Source of the DNA: an uncultured delta proteobacterium
GTDB taxonomy: Bacteria > Desulfobacterota > Desulfomonilia > UBA1062
Length of the DNA stretch: 57,212 nt
NCBI GenBank assembly: GCA_963752595.1
Contig: CAVVYZ010000031.1
Coordinates: 1-57,212 of the forward strand
Reading direction: 5' to 3'
The notes under the pieces are model-generated. The model made no database searches and was not told where the DNA came from. It saw only the letters and a program-made list of their open reading frames with translations. This document shows positions 23,690-35,600 of the stretch, piece after piece (the first letter of the stretch is position 1; each line of letters opens with the position of its first letter). Both the position numbers and the translations under genes were made by a program.

Positions 23690-23902
23690 CAAGCGATCCT
23701 TTTTGCTGGAAGGGTCTGCTGCCGCCTGTTTCCTCATTTCCAAAGCCATATGGTCCAGCATTTCTTTGGAAAAGTTGATGATGTCCTTGTTAGTGAACCC
23801 ATTACCTACAAGCTCCTTGTACAAGGACTTTGCCAGTATCTTTGTAGCTTTTTCGGTATCCATATTCTTCAATATAATGTCAAGATTACCTTTTCTGCTC
23901 AT
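23678..23902 (-). CDS. Small (74-aa) hypothetical protein
   Basis: ORF with RBS and upstream sigma54-like promoter. Confidence 0.65.
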   Translation of the reverse strand: MSRKGNLDIILKNMDTEKATKILAKSLYKELVGNGFTNKDIINFSKEMLDHMALEMRKQAAADPSSKKDRLLIG

Positions 23903-23934
23903 ATTGCACCCTTTCTTCACACTCGGCTAATTAT

Positions 23935-23991
23935 TGCATCTACTATGCCAAGATTACTGGCTTTTTATGTCTCTTTAATATCAATAAGTTA
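23935..23991 (-). promoter_or_regulatory. Sigma54 (-24/-12) promoter with IHF site
   Basis: Minus strand TGGCATAGTAGATGCA (GG-N10-GC) at 23935-23950; TATCAATAAGTTA (WATCAANNNNTTR) at 23979-23991. Confidence 0.65.
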
Positions 23992-24264
23992 TGCGTGTGG
24001 ATGTCAGGTTTATGTATTATACATGTGTAGAATATGCAATAGGAGGATTCAATACCCCCATGCAATAAATTTTCATGACTGCTCAGAATTCCGCTTCATC
24101 ACAGGATCCTCAGTATTACTCACAACCTAAGGTAGAAACCGGCGACAATGAGAGACTGCACTTCGGTTACCTGAAAGATCCTCATGGGCAGCGCTGATCC
24201 GGCCGAGAGGCAACCTTCGGAAGAAACATATCCACACCATGGTGGCTTTTCTGTAACAGCTCTT

Positions 24265-25509
24265 TTAACTTTTATCCCGGCCCCGGTTAAACCTTCTCCT
24301 GGACGGCCGCCTTTTCCTTCGCGGCCCGGAAGCATCAGGATACTGTTCCCTGAAGATCCTGTCGAAGGGATCCCTCGCCTCGACAACCTCACCCTTGTAT
24401 AGCAGGGAGAAGACAATCGAAGCATCTGGGTATCGGGACCTCTTTTTGAGAGACCATCTCATCCTTCCGGTCCCCATGGCGGCAAGCATTCTTTCGGCAA
24501 TGCAGATAGTCTGGATGATGCTTGCCTTCAGGGCCTTGGGTATGGTTATGGACATGCCGGAAGCAATGAGTTCGTCACTGAGGAGTGTGAGCATGTCTTT
24601 GCCCTGATTTCCCTCTTCCTTTAATACCTGTTCCGCCCACGGCCAGAACAGGAGGGTCAAGACGATATCCGGCGAAAGCCCATTCCCCGATCTGATACGG
24701 GAATCCACCACACGAAGGTTTCTGATGAGGATTTCCCACGCTCCGGGCTCATCCTGCATGGCCTTGCCTATCTTGCCGAAAAGGCACGGCGGGACTCCGT
24801 ACTTGTGGAGCAACTCGAAGACAGGACCGGCGAACCCTGACAAGAGGTCCTTGTTGAGCTCTTCGAACATCCGAGCCCCGGAACATGTGCACAAAAGTTC
24901 TCTATCGCGCTCTATGGCCCGTCCCGTCTCTTCCTCGATCGTGAATTTCAGGCGTGCAGCATGCCTGAGCACCCTCCATATCCGAACCGGATCCTCCTCA
25001 TATCGCTCATGAGGGTCCCCGATCATGCAGACCCTCTGTTTCTTCATATCCTCAAGGCCGCCGACATAGTCGATGATGGAAAAATCGGCGATATCGTAAA
25101 AGAGGGCATTAATGGTGACATCTCTCCGGAAGGCATCTTCCCTGGGAGTACCGAATGAGTTATTCGGGTCAACGCTCTCTTCCGCCTCTTCTTCAGGCTC
25201 TTTCCTGAAGGTTGCTACCTCGATGATATTCCCGCCCTTGAATCTGATATGGGCAAGACGGAACCTTCTGCCGATGAGCATGCAATTGGCAAAGAGCTTT
25301 TTTACCTGCCCCGGACGTGCATCGGTAACGACATCGAAATCTTTCGGCTTCTTACCAACGAGGAGGTCTCTCACTGCACCCCCCACCAGATATGCCTTGA
25401 AGCCCTTCCGGTAGAGACGGTAGAGAACCTTTAATGCATCAGGGTCGATATCCTTTCGGGAGATAGGATGCTCTGCCCGAGTTAATACAACCGGCTCGTT
25501 ATTCTCCAT
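24265..25509 (-). CDS. pcnB: Poly(A) polymerase I
   Basis: LVGGAVRDLL, PKDFDV, LIGRRFRLAH, RRDVTINAL, EDPVR; basic tail; start may be 25542. Confidence 0.93.
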   Translation of the reverse strand: MENNEPVVLTRAEHPISRKDIDPDALKVLYRLYRKGFKAYLVGGAVRDLLVGKKPKDFDVVTDARPGQVKKLFANCMLIGRRFRLAHIRFKGGNIIEVATFRKEPEEEAEESVDPNNSFGTPREDAFRRDVTINALFYDIADFSIIDYVGGLEDMKKQRVCMIGDPHERYEEDPVRIWRVLRHAARLKFTIEEETGRAIERDRELLCTCSGARMFEELNKDLLSGFAGPVFELLHKYGVPPCLFGKIGKAMQDEPGAWEILIRNLRVVDSRIRSGNGLSPDIVLTLLFWPWAEQVLKEEGNQGKDMLTLLSDELIASGMSITIPKALKASIIQTICIAERMLAAMGTGRMRWSLKKRSRYPDASIVFSLLYKGEVVEARDPFDRIFREQYPDASGPRRKRRPSRRRFNRGRDKS

Positions 25510-25693
25510 TCCCTGTGGCTTTGCAGTCTTCATCTTGCTCATCTTTCGCTATCCTGTACGACTCATCAGTCCACCGGATAAAATCAACCCCTTTACAGCC
25601 TCTGGAGCAAAACGGCCTGAATGGATTATTCTCATAAGGGGCCATCTTCCCGCATGCAGGGCATGGAACTATTCGGGATTTCTTTCCTTCCAT
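25499..25693 (-). CDS. yacG: DNA gyrase inhibitor YacG
   Basis: CPACGK...PFRPFCSRGCK..D...W..E.YRI. Confidence 0.88.
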   Translation of the reverse strand: MEGKKSRIVPCPACGKMAPYENNPFRPFCSRGCKGVDFIRWTDESYRIAKDEQDEDCKATGNGE

Positions 25694-25967
25694 TGTTTCA
25701 TCCTTCAGAGAGAACGGTCTTCTTTTTTACATTTCCGCAGCAAGCACCATGCACGGTGCAACAGCAACCCTTCCTCAATAGACCCCGAGAAAGGTAATTT
25801 GTTTTCATGTACGAGATGGGTATATAGCACACTTCATAACTTGTCAATTTCCAGGCGATACGCACTTTGTGAATTGTTGGTTGTTTTATCCTCTGAAAAA
25901 TTTCTATTGACTAAATGAGAAAAACAATGGTTTGAAAATATGAAACACCACAGAGGATTGGCGCAAA

Positions 25968-26618
25968 ATGCAGAAGAAGGTAAGAAGAAAGAGGCAGATT
26001 CTCCGGAACAAGACCATTATCCTGCGGTCTGCCCGTGAACTGTTCCACAAGAAGGGCTTCTACGGGACCACCATGGAGGATATTGCCGAGCATTCCGGTT
26101 TCGATAGACGGACGATCTACAACCACTTCAAAAACAGAGAAGACATCTTTGCAGCACTCATATCCGGCATACTCACTGATATCACCGCCGTATTCGACGA
26201 GATCGGATCGGAAAAAGCCTCGCCGCTTGAAAGATTGCGCAAGCTTGTTCTGCAGCTCCTTGATCTCTACATCGAGCATTCCCAGCTCCTGAATATCTTC
26301 ATGTCGGAGTACGAAATCAACGAGATAAAAAAGAAGCGGCATATATCGCCATATACCCTCAAGAATATCCACGATTACAAGGAGATCGAATCGCGGCTCG
26401 TGGATTTGATCCGCCAGGCCCAGGAAGAGGACCTGGTAGTAAATGTTCATCCTTATATCCTTGCAGGCGTGATGAACGAATTGATTTTAAGGAGCGTGAT
26501 AGTGCTTCACAACCACAAGGGCACCATCCGGAAAAAAGACCTCATCCACGATATTTTCGAGCTCCTCGGGAAAAACGTGGTAAAGATGCCTACTCAGGAA
26601 CAGACGGCCACCAATTGA
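25968..26618 (+). CDS. TetR/AcrR family regulator
   Basis: ARELFHKKGFYGTTMEDIA...TIYNHFKNRE HTH. Confidence 0.92.
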   Translation: MQKKVRRKRQILRNKTIILRSARELFHKKGFYGTTMEDIAEHSGFDRRTIYNHFKNREDIFAALISGILTDITAVFDEIGSEKASPLERLRKLVLQLLDLYIEHSQLLNIFMSEYEINEIKKKRHISPYTLKNIHDYKEIESRLVDLIRQAQEEDLVVNVHPYILAGVMNELILRSVIVLHNHKGTIRKKDLIHDIFELLGKNVVKMPTQEQTATN

Positions 26619-26810
26619 TCCGGACGTTTCTTCCGTCTATTTGTTATCGATAAAAAAGGCTGGCCTAGCCGTACCTCGCTCATATCCTAATTCCTGCGAA
26701 AACATAGTATCCATTTTTTCAAAGAACTTGCGGGTCACCCTGCTTCCATCCAGCCTGCACAAGGATACCGATGTGGCTTTTGAACGTCTGGTTTTTTCCC
26801 GGAACATCAT

Positions 26811-26841
26811 AAAAAAGGGCCGGATATTCATCCGGCCCTTT
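26811..26841 (-). terminator. Rho-independent terminator of groESL
   Basis: AAAGGGCCGGAT-attc-ATCCGGCCCTTT with U-run on the minus strand. Confidence 0.85.
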
Positions 26842-26874
26842 GTATTTTACAATTCTTGTGAAGGGATTTGAAGC

Positions 26875-28515
26875 TTACATCATGCCGCCCATGTCGGGTG
26901 GCATGCCGCCGCCCGGCATTCCGCCTGCGGGCTTTTCTTCCGGGATACTCAGCTACCATGACCTCGGTGGTCAGCAGCAGGCCGGAGACCGATGCTGCAT
27001 TCTGCAGGGCAGATCTGGTCACCTTGGTGGGGTCGATGATGCCGGCCTTGAGCATATCTTCATACTCTTCTTTATCGGCATTGAACCCCATGGTTCCCTT
27101 TGAGACCCTTTACCTTTTCCACCACGATGCCGCCTTCGAGGCCGGCATTCACAGCGATCTGACGGAGCGGCTCTTCGAGGGCCTTCTGGACGATCTTCAC
27201 GCCGAATACCTGGTCGCCGTCAACCTTAAGGTCGTTCAGCTTGTCGATGCAGCGGAGCAGTGCAACACCGCCGCCCGCCAGGAAGCCTTCTTCCACCGCA
27301 GCCCTGGTGGCATGGAGCGCGTCCTCGACCCTGGCCTTCTTTTCCTTCATTTCGGGCTCGGTTGCTGCTCCGACCTTGATGACCGCCACGCCGCCTGCAA
27401 GCTTGGCAAGCCTTTCCTGGAGCTTCTCGCGGTCGTAGTCGGAGGTGGATTCTTCGATCTGGGCCTTGATCTGGGTGATCCTGCCCTGGATCGCGCTGCT
27501 GGAGCCTGCGCCCTCTACGATGGTCGTGTTGTCCTTGTCGATGATGACCTTCTTGGCAGTACCGAGATCCGCGACGGTAACCGAATCGAGTTTCCTGCCG
27601 AGGTCTTCGGATATCACCTGTCCGCCGGTGAGGATCGCGATGTCTTCAAGCATTGCCTTACGCCTGTCCCCAAAGCCCGGTGCCTTGACGGCCGAGCACT
27701 TGAGAGTGCCCCTGAGCTTGTTCACCACCAGGGTCGCAAGGGCTTCGCCCTCGACATCTTCGGAGATGATCACAAGCGCCCTTCCCTCTTTTGCGATCTG
27801 TTCGAGTACGGGGATGATGTCCCTCATGTTGCTGATCTTCTTGTCATAGATGAGGATATACGGATCATTCCATGACTGCTTCCATCCGCTCTGCATCGGT
27901 GACGAAGTACGGAGAGAGATAGCCGCGGTCAAACTGCATGCCTTCCACCAGTTCCAGGGTGGTCTCCATGCCCTTTGCCTCTTCCACGGTGATGACGCCT
28001 TCTTTGCCGACCTTGTCCATGGCGTCTGCAATCATCTCGCCGACTTCCGTATCGCCGTTTGCAGAGATGGTGCCGACCTGCTGGATCTCTTTCTTGTCCT
28101 CAACGCTCTTGCTCATCTTCTTGAGCTCTTCCACGACCTTCACGGTAGCCTTGTCGATGCCGCGCTTGAGGTCCATGGCATTCATGCCGCCGGCGAGATA
28201 CTTCAGACCTTCGCTGTAGATGGCCTGGGCAAGCACCGTTGCGGTGGTGGTTCCGTCACCGGCGATATCGGATGTCTTGGACGCGACTTCTTTGACCATC
28301 TGTGCGCCCATATTCTCAAACTTGTCCTTGAGCTCGATCTCTTTTGCAACGGTCACGCCGTCCTTGGTAACGGTCGGTGCCCCGAACATCTTGTCCAGGA
28401 TGGCATTCCTTCCCTTTGGGCCCGAGCGTTGCCTTTACGGCATTTGCCAGCTTATCTACACCACAGAGCACCCGGGTTCGGCATCCTGACTATAAATGAT
28501 TTCTTTTCCAGCCAT
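26875..28515 (-). CDS. groEL: Chaperonin GroEL (several frameshifts, probably sequencing errors)
   Basis: [41 protein letters not shown] tail across frames. Confidence 0.97.
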
Positions 28516-28530
28516 CTTCTTCCTCCTTTA

Positions 28531-28824
28531 TTACTCGATAATACCCAGTATGTCGTCTTCTCTCATAATCAGCAGCTCTTCGCCTTCGACCTTGACCTCG
28601 GTACCGGCATATTTGGAAAAGAGCACCTTGTTCCCTGCCTTGACATCCAAAGGAATCACCTTGCCGTCTTCGGTCTTCTTGCCGCCCCCGGCTGCAATAA
28701 CTTTACCCATCTGGGGTTTTTCCTTTGCCGTATCAGGGATAATGATGCCGCCTTTGGTTTTCTCTTCCTCTTCAATCCTCTTGACCAGCACACGGTCCTG
28801 CAATGGTCGTATCTTCATTTCCAT
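28531..28824 (-). CDS. groES: Co-chaperonin GroES
   Basis: [36 protein letters not shown]. Confidence 0.98.
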   Translation of the reverse strand: MEMKIRPLQDRVLVKRIEEEEKTKGGIIIPDTAKEKPQMGKVIAAGGGKKTEDGKVIPLDVKAGNKVLFSKYAGTEVKVEGEELLIMREDDILGIIE

Positions 28825-28845
28825 CCTCCTTATATTGAAGATTTG

Positions 28846-28872
28846 TTAGCACTCATCACTATTGAGTGCTAA
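28846..28872. promoter_or_regulatory. CIRCE element (HrcA operator)
   Basis: TTAGCACTC-atcactatt-GAGTGCTAA, perfect consensus, upstream of groES. Confidence 0.97.
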
Positions 28873-29166
28873 CACGGATACCGGGAATCAAGGTTTTTAT
28901 CAAGCCCAAAATGTATTTTTCATCTTGTATCCACCAATAATATTATCAGTTAGCAAAACATTTCACCCTTTTATCTAATCTTTCCTTGTTTTTTCTATTA
29001 TGATCTCCGGTTTTCTTTTCCCCTGCCTGCCGTTTCCCGAGTGATTCAAGACGGATTGCGGCACATCCGCATAATCGCGTTACCCCCATTAACATCGGGC
29101 TACACAATTCCGATACTACGAGCAATGGCGAAACGAGAACTCCTTTTTCATTTACTCTATAAAGAG

Positions 29167-30577
29167 GAGCCAATTGCAAAACTCTCTGCCGTATAATTAT
29201 TGAAGCATAATACAGTTGTCTACATCTAAGATAAAGATCATAACGCGCCATTTACACGGTGATTCTATGCTCAACATCACCCTTATGTCGATTTCCGAGC
29301 GCAGCTATCCAGCTCCTACTCCAATAGGCGGTGCGAATATATCTGATTTTATCGCATGTATCCTTCAACAAAGCATCTGGAAGAGTTGGTTCGCAGTAAT
29401 GACAATGAGCCCGAACATAAGATGCGCCATGACCTTGGACGCTCCTTTAACCCTTATATGACTCCCTCCATGGTTATCTTTCAGATACGAATTCACCCGC
29501 TCAACGCTGCTCCTCTGCGCAAACCGTGCCTTCCTGGCAGGATCAAGAGGTATCTTCTCTCCACGCCTTGGATTGGGATCAATGATCGGAACATGAGAGA
29601 GTCCCTCACTGAACCCTTGATCTGCGGCGCATCATAGGCGGCGTCCATGAGATCATACAGGCTCGTCACCCGCTTCGACGTCATCTGGGCAAGCGGTATG
29701 GCCGCCTGGGAATCATGCAATGATGCAGAGGTCAACAATGCACTCACCGGTATGTCCCCATCGATACAGTCAATATGCAGCTTGTAGCCCCGCCACGTCA
29801 TCTTGTATCCCTTGCTGTCCTTCTTGGTCCCCACGTCACAATGATACGGCAGATCCGACAGATTCTCCTCAAGGCTACGGCCAACCTGAAGATCCAGCCT
29901 TTTCGGAGGCTTGGGAACAGCTTCTTCTCCTCGCTTCGGGCGGCCACGCTTCCTTTTCGGCAACAGAGTGGTTTCCTCAGCCTCTTTCTTCACCGCCTTC
30001 TCCCTCGCCTCAATGGCCGTCGCATCCCTGCTCACATGCCCGGCAATTTTCTCACCACAGTGCGCCTTCACCATGGCCTCGTGAACCTTCTGGGGCAGGC
30101 ACCCCCGAGCATATTCAGCAAACGCCCGTGAAAAGGTCGATCCCGATGGTATATCCCCTCTCGTCTCCCATCCGCATAATCGCCTCAGGTTCTTGCTGCC
30201 CATCAGGTATTCTATGAGCACTTTCGTCGTCTCGAAATTGTATACCGCCTTGGCTACAAACGCTTTCGCGATCGCTGTCCTGTCTTCGCGTCTCCTGCCT
30301 AACCCTATCCACCGGTATTCACCCATATGCCTGGGCAAGTCCATCAGGGAAACAACCTTCACAAACTGCTGCTCCTTCTCACTCAATGGATCAAGTCGCT
30401 CTTCCAACCATGGAAAAAGTCTCGCTTGTGTGGTATGCCAAATATCGAAGAGATTGCTCATCGTTACTCCTTTCTTTTTGCTCGACACAAAAAGAATAGA
30501 GCTTTCTCTTCATTATTTCAATCAGTTATCTTGCTTATTGAAATATTATCGCAATCTGTGTGTTTTGCAATTGGCTC
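29167..30577 (-). mobile_element. Complete 1411-bp insertion sequence (IS5/IS1182-like DDE)
   Basis: 16-bp perfect TIRs GAGCCAATTGCAAAAC (29167-29182, 30562-30577); 4-bp TSD AGAG (29163-29166, 30578-30581). Confidence 0.92.
29365..30461 (-). CDS. DDE transposase (one frameshift near 29610)
   Basis: RDATAIEA, GYKLH, SLHDS, MDAAYD, then RSSVERVNSYLK in the shifted frame. Confidence 0.9.
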
Positions 30578-30583
30578 AGAGGT

Positions 30584-31910
30584 ATGGAGAAAAACTTATG
30601 GCCGCGCCCTATACAGGCTTTTGCTCTGCTCTTTCTGTATGTTGGCGATATGGCCGTATTTCCTTTCTCCATCAGTTTCCGCAGCTGGCTTCGACGATAA
30701 GAACCCGAAGCCCGAGCCGGGTAAGGCGCGGAATATCCTCACACTCATCCAGGAAAAAACGGATACCGGAATACTTGTCAGGATTATCGGAGACGGGAAG
30801 CTGGATATGGTAGAATCCCGTTCCCTCTATGATCCCCCGAGACTCGTGATGGATTTTCCCGGGGTCCTTTTCCCGGAAGGTCCGGATGTATACACCTGTT
30901 CTTCCGATGCCATCAAAAAGATACGCATCAATAAATCAAACCCCGACAAAACCAGACTGGTCTTCGATCTCACAGGGATAACCGGCACAGCCCACCATAT
31001 CAACCCGCAGGGAGCTGTCCTGAATGTGGAATTCATCACGGGGAAAGAAGACGACACCCGGCCCGTGGCAAAGATAACCGAACCCCAAGAGAATATAACG
31101 GTGCGGTCAGGCAGGAAATTACCCTTCTCCGGCTCGGTAACAGGGGGAAATGAGCCCCTTCTGTGCGAATGGACCTTTGCCGGAAACGGCATGCGCTTTA
31201 CTACCCATAAGCCCGAGGCATTCATATTCGATCAGCCGGGCACATACGAAATCACCTATCATGTAACGGATAAGGATGGAGACACGGCAACCGACTCAAT
31301 AACGGTCACGGTAAACGATGCATCGGGAACAAATGTACCCTATGAGGCTTCGCCCCGGAATCCCGTCATCGAGCAAAACGACGGTAATTTCGGCATGCGC
31401 CTTGGAACAGGAATATACCATGCAGGCTCTGTCGATGAATTTATTATCGAGCGTCGGGAAGAAACCGGGAACGAGAACTGGTCGTTGTCTTCAAAGGACA
31501 GGTACATGCTTATCCTAGGCACCTCCTATCGATTTACCCCATGGCTCGATCTGAATGCAGACCTCTCATGCGTCTCGGGCGATTCTGATGCGAATTTCGT
31601 CTTCGTATCGGCGGGGCCGAGGATAATGCTCCCCGTAACCGCCGGCCTCAAACCCTATCTCAGAACAGCGCTCACCTACGGTCATCTGGACTGGGGCGAT
31701 GCGCCGGGAGATTTCGACTATGCTCTCGGCTGGGTATTCGGATACGGCATCGCCTGGTCTGCAGCGAATTGGGATCTCGGCATTGACCTTTCCTTCCATA
31801 ATATGAGCTTTGATTACACCGGCCCTGCTACCGGTGATGTGAGCGAAAGCCGTGACCAGATTGATTTCTCCGGGTATGCCCTTTCTCTCACCTATTCGCA
31901 CCTGTTTTAA
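30584..31910 (+). CDS. Secreted AMIN + PKD + outer-membrane beta-barrel protein
   Basis: Signal peptide (ATG 30584, one extra A in a homopolymer); DPPRLVMDFPG/TRLVFDL (AMIN); WTF..PGTYEITYHVTD.DG (PKD); barrel-like C-terminus ending in F. Confidence 0.75.
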
Positions 31911-31980
31911 AAAATCTCTTCCTTCCCAATTTGACAAAGGCTCTCCCCGTATGCAAAAGTCCTAGAGGCTTAAGGAAAAG

Positions 31981-32538
31981 ATGGAAATCACGACCATAAT
32001 ACTCATCGCAGTAAGCCTTGCCATGGATGCCTTTGCCGTATCCATTACGAGCGGGCTTACCATGGAAACATTCCGCCTCAGGAGCGCACTGCGCATTTCT
32101 CTGTTCTTCGGCGGATTCCAGGCATTCATGCCGCTCATAGGTTTTTTTGCTGGGTTGAACATCCGCACACACATTATGGGTTTCGACCACTGGATAGCGT
32201 TCGGCCTGCTCGACCTGGTGGGGACAAAGATGATTTACGAAGCCCTCTTTAATCATGAAGACACGGAAAAAATGGATCCGGAAAACATATTGACACTCCT
32301 GATGCTCGCCGTTGCAACGAGCATCGATGCCCTAGCCGTGGGGCTGAGCCTCTCCCTTCTCCAGGAAGGTATCATAGTGGCTGCCTCCATCATCGGTATC
32401 GTAACATTTATCATCTCATTCATCGGGGTAGCGATCGGTAAGCGCACCGGGCGTTTTCTCGGCAATAAAATCGAGATCCTGGGAGGAATCATCCTCATCG
32501 GGATTGGAACAAAGATCCTCATCGAACATCTCAGTTAA
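31981..32538 (+). CDS. mntP: Manganese efflux pump MntP
   Basis: LAMDAFAVS, FGGFQAFMP, ATSIDALAVG, EILGGIILIGIG. Confidence 0.92.
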   Translation: MEITTIILIAVSLAMDAFAVSITSGLTMETFRLRSALRISLFFGGFQAFMPLIGFFAGLNIRTHIMGFDHWIAFGLLDLVGTKMIYEALFNHEDTEKMDPENILTLLMLAVATSIDALAVGLSLSLLQEGIIVAASIIGIVTFIISFIGVAIGKRTGRFLGNKIEILGGIILIGIGTKILIEHLS

Positions 32539-32657
32539 GGTCAAAATAAACATCCCCCCTCTAGAGAAATTGAACGGGCAGTAAAGTTGTGCTAAGAGAG
32601 GGAGCTATCTATTATTATTTTGAATCAATGCTTTCATATGAGTGCAGGAGGGGAACT

Positions 32658-35600
32658 GTGAGTTATCTCGGTGTTGACATAGGGAGCTCCTATGTAAAAA
32701 TATGGCATAAGGACGAATCAGGCTCTTTCCTTTCATCGAAATGCATCCACCATAGAGGATCGCCCAGGGAAACCCTGAGGAATGAGCTCTTCCATATGTC
32801 CATCCGGCCCGAGCGGTTATGCTATTCAGGCCATGTCCATGGACAGGGTCTCGAGCGATGGCGGTCGGACGGCCTGCTCGCTGAGATCAAGTTTCTCAAA
32901 GACATCTATCCCCAGAGAACCGTACTGGTCCTTGGAGCGGAAAAGATAGAGCTCGTCCATTTCAATGCCCAGGGCCGCATCCTTTCGTACCGGACAAATC
33001 CGGCCTGCGCTGCAGGGACCGGCTCGTTCCTCGATGAACAGATGGATAGACTTGGGATAAAACTTGCCGATCTCAAATACATCAAGATCGATGAGAACGC
33101 CCCCATGGTGGCAACCCGGTGTGCGGTATTTGCAAAAACAGATCTCATCCACCTCCAGCAGGACGGCCATTCTCCTCATGCCCTCTATAACGGCCTGTGC
33201 AAAGGTCTCGTGATGTCAGGGTTAAAGAGCATCTTCGGAGGAAGCATCCCTGACGGCAGTGGCATCCTCCTCACAGGGGGTCTCCTGGAGAACCCTCACA
33301 TCCGCCACTACCTCGCGGCCGTTCTTCCCGGGGCAACAATCGCCCAAGCACCGGTTTTCTCACGGGCCATGGGACTGTGCGAGTCAGCACGGCTGGGAGA
33401 TTATGCCATGGACGGATTCCTGGATTGTCTGAAGGGATCTCTTAGAGATTCCCTTGCCGATACCGGTCAGGGAGCCCTCGTGCTCGTCAAGAGCCGGTTT
33501 CCTTCCCACGAGATGAAGAGATCCCTTGATGGAGAGGGCAACGAGATCTGGCATGATATAAAGCAGGGAGAAACATTCGATGCCTACCTGGGGGTAGATG
33601 TCGGCTCCACATCGACAAAGGCAGTCCTCGTAGACAATCTTACAAGCTCCATCAGGCTCGATATTTACACCAAGACCTCCGGCAATCCCATTGATGCAAC
33701 CAGGAGGATTTTCAAGAGCATAACCCTGCTGCAGGAATCGACCGGTTTCGGGCTGAAAATAAAGGGATGCTGCACAACGGGCTCCGGCAGGAAATTGGTC
33801 GGCACCATCATCGGCGCAGACCTTATCATCAACGAGATATCGGCACATGCAAAAGGTGCGAAATCCGTGGATGAACACGTGGAGACCATTTTCGAAATCG
33901 GCGGCCAGGATTCCAAGTTTATCAGGCTGGATAAAGGTAGAATCGTGGACGTGAACATGAATTATGTCTGCGCTGCAGGTACGGGCTCTTTCATCGAAGA
34001 GCAGGCAAATACCCTGGGAATGACCCTTGACGAGATCAGCGAGGCAGTATACGGCCTCTCACCGCTGCATAATTCCGACCGGTGTACGGTATTCATGAAT
34101 CAGGAGGTTACCCGGCAGCTCGCTTCAGGCTATGCCAAAGGATCCATTATGGCCGGGGTCCTTTATGCAGTATTCAAGAACTACCTCAACCGCGTTGTCG
34201 GCAACCATCCCTACCGGTCCGACAAGATCGTTTTCCAGGGGGCCACTGCCAGGAACAAGGGGCTCGTTGCTGCGCTCGAACAGATCACCGGCGCCGAAGT
34301 AATGGTTTCTCCCTTCTGCCATGTAATGGGGGCCTACGGGGCAGCTCTTCTCGTGAAGGAAAGGGGCATGAGCGCCTCTTCGTTCAAGGGCTTTGCCCTG
34401 CCTGAAGTGGCAGTAGGAGAGTCCTCCTGCAGAAAATGTGAAAACATGTGCAGAATAACAACGGTCAAAACTGGAGAACGGAAAGTGAGCTGGGGATATC
34501 TCTGCGGACGAGAGCAGAACTCTCTGAAAAAGAGAGAAGACAACCCCGCAATGAGGCTCAGGTACGATCTCCTCCAGCGTCATAGCACTGATTACAAAGG
34601 GCGCGACCGGATCGTGAGGATTCCTGCGCTCGGGCTCTACGACGAATTCATTCCTTTGTTCACCGAAATCGGCCATGAGCTGGATATCCCCATCCAGGTA
34701 TGCTACCCCGGCAAGGAAGAGATTCTGGATGAGCTTTCTCTGCTTGGGTCAGGCGATTTCTGCTATCCCATTAAAGTGGCTATTGCCTGCACCAATGTAC
34801 TTTTGCGCACCTTCCCGAACGACCCGGTCCTTCTCCCCTTCCTCGTACAGGAGGATAAGGACCCGGCCATACTCCCAAGGAGCCTTTACTGTCCCTTCAT
34901 TACGGCTTTGCCGAGCTTTTACCTCAAAGGTCCGGATGCACACCGGGTATCCACACCCGTTATTGATCTGAGCATGAAGATATCCGGGCAGGCCCGCCAG
35001 ATGAGGGATTTCATCGAAAAGGAAAGCCTCGCAAAAGTTCCGTTTTCCCGGATCAAGAAGGCCGTGAAGAAAGGCATAAAAAGGCTGTCCGACTGCCGGA
35101 AGTCACTTGAGGATCAGGGGAAGGCCATGATTGAGGACCTTCCCCAGGGCAAACCGGTTATCGTGCTTTTTGGAAGGCCCTATAACCTTTATCATAAGAT
35201 CCTCAACCTGGGCCTTCCGGAACTCATCGAATCACTCGGCTACCAGGTGATCCCCATGGATATCGTCCCTGATGAGGTGAGCAATGAGCAGGTCATGGAA
35301 CAATACCCTGATTTATACTGGACCCTGGGCCAGAAGATTTTGCGGAAGGCGCTGACCATTAAGAACAAGCACACCATGTTTCCACTCATGCTGTCCAACT
35401 TTTCCTGCGGTCCCGACTCCTTCGTCCTGAGCTATTTTGAGGAGGTATCACAGAATAAGCCCTACCTTATCCTCGAGCTGGATGAGCATGGATCGGCCGC
35501 CGGCTATCAAACCAGGATCGAGGCTTTCTGCGATATGATCGAGCAGTACCGGGCAGGTGAAGCGAAACCTACAAAGTCAGCCCCGAATCGCATCGGGCAT

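Noticed and set aside
24140-24232. Glycine riboswitch-like words on the minus strand (CCGAAG, CTTTCAGG)
   Set aside because: No GGAGA/P1 elements in the right order and no glycine-related gene downstream
26868-28872. Long plus-strand ORFs (335 and 340 aa)
   Set aside because: Antisense shadows of groEL/groES
30327-30583. N-terminal extension of the 527-aa ORF
   Set aside because: Lies inside the IS; the real start is probably ATG 30584
31911-31980. yybP-ykoY riboswitch upstream of mntP
   Set aside because: Only 70 bp of intergenic sequence and no GGGGAGTAG core
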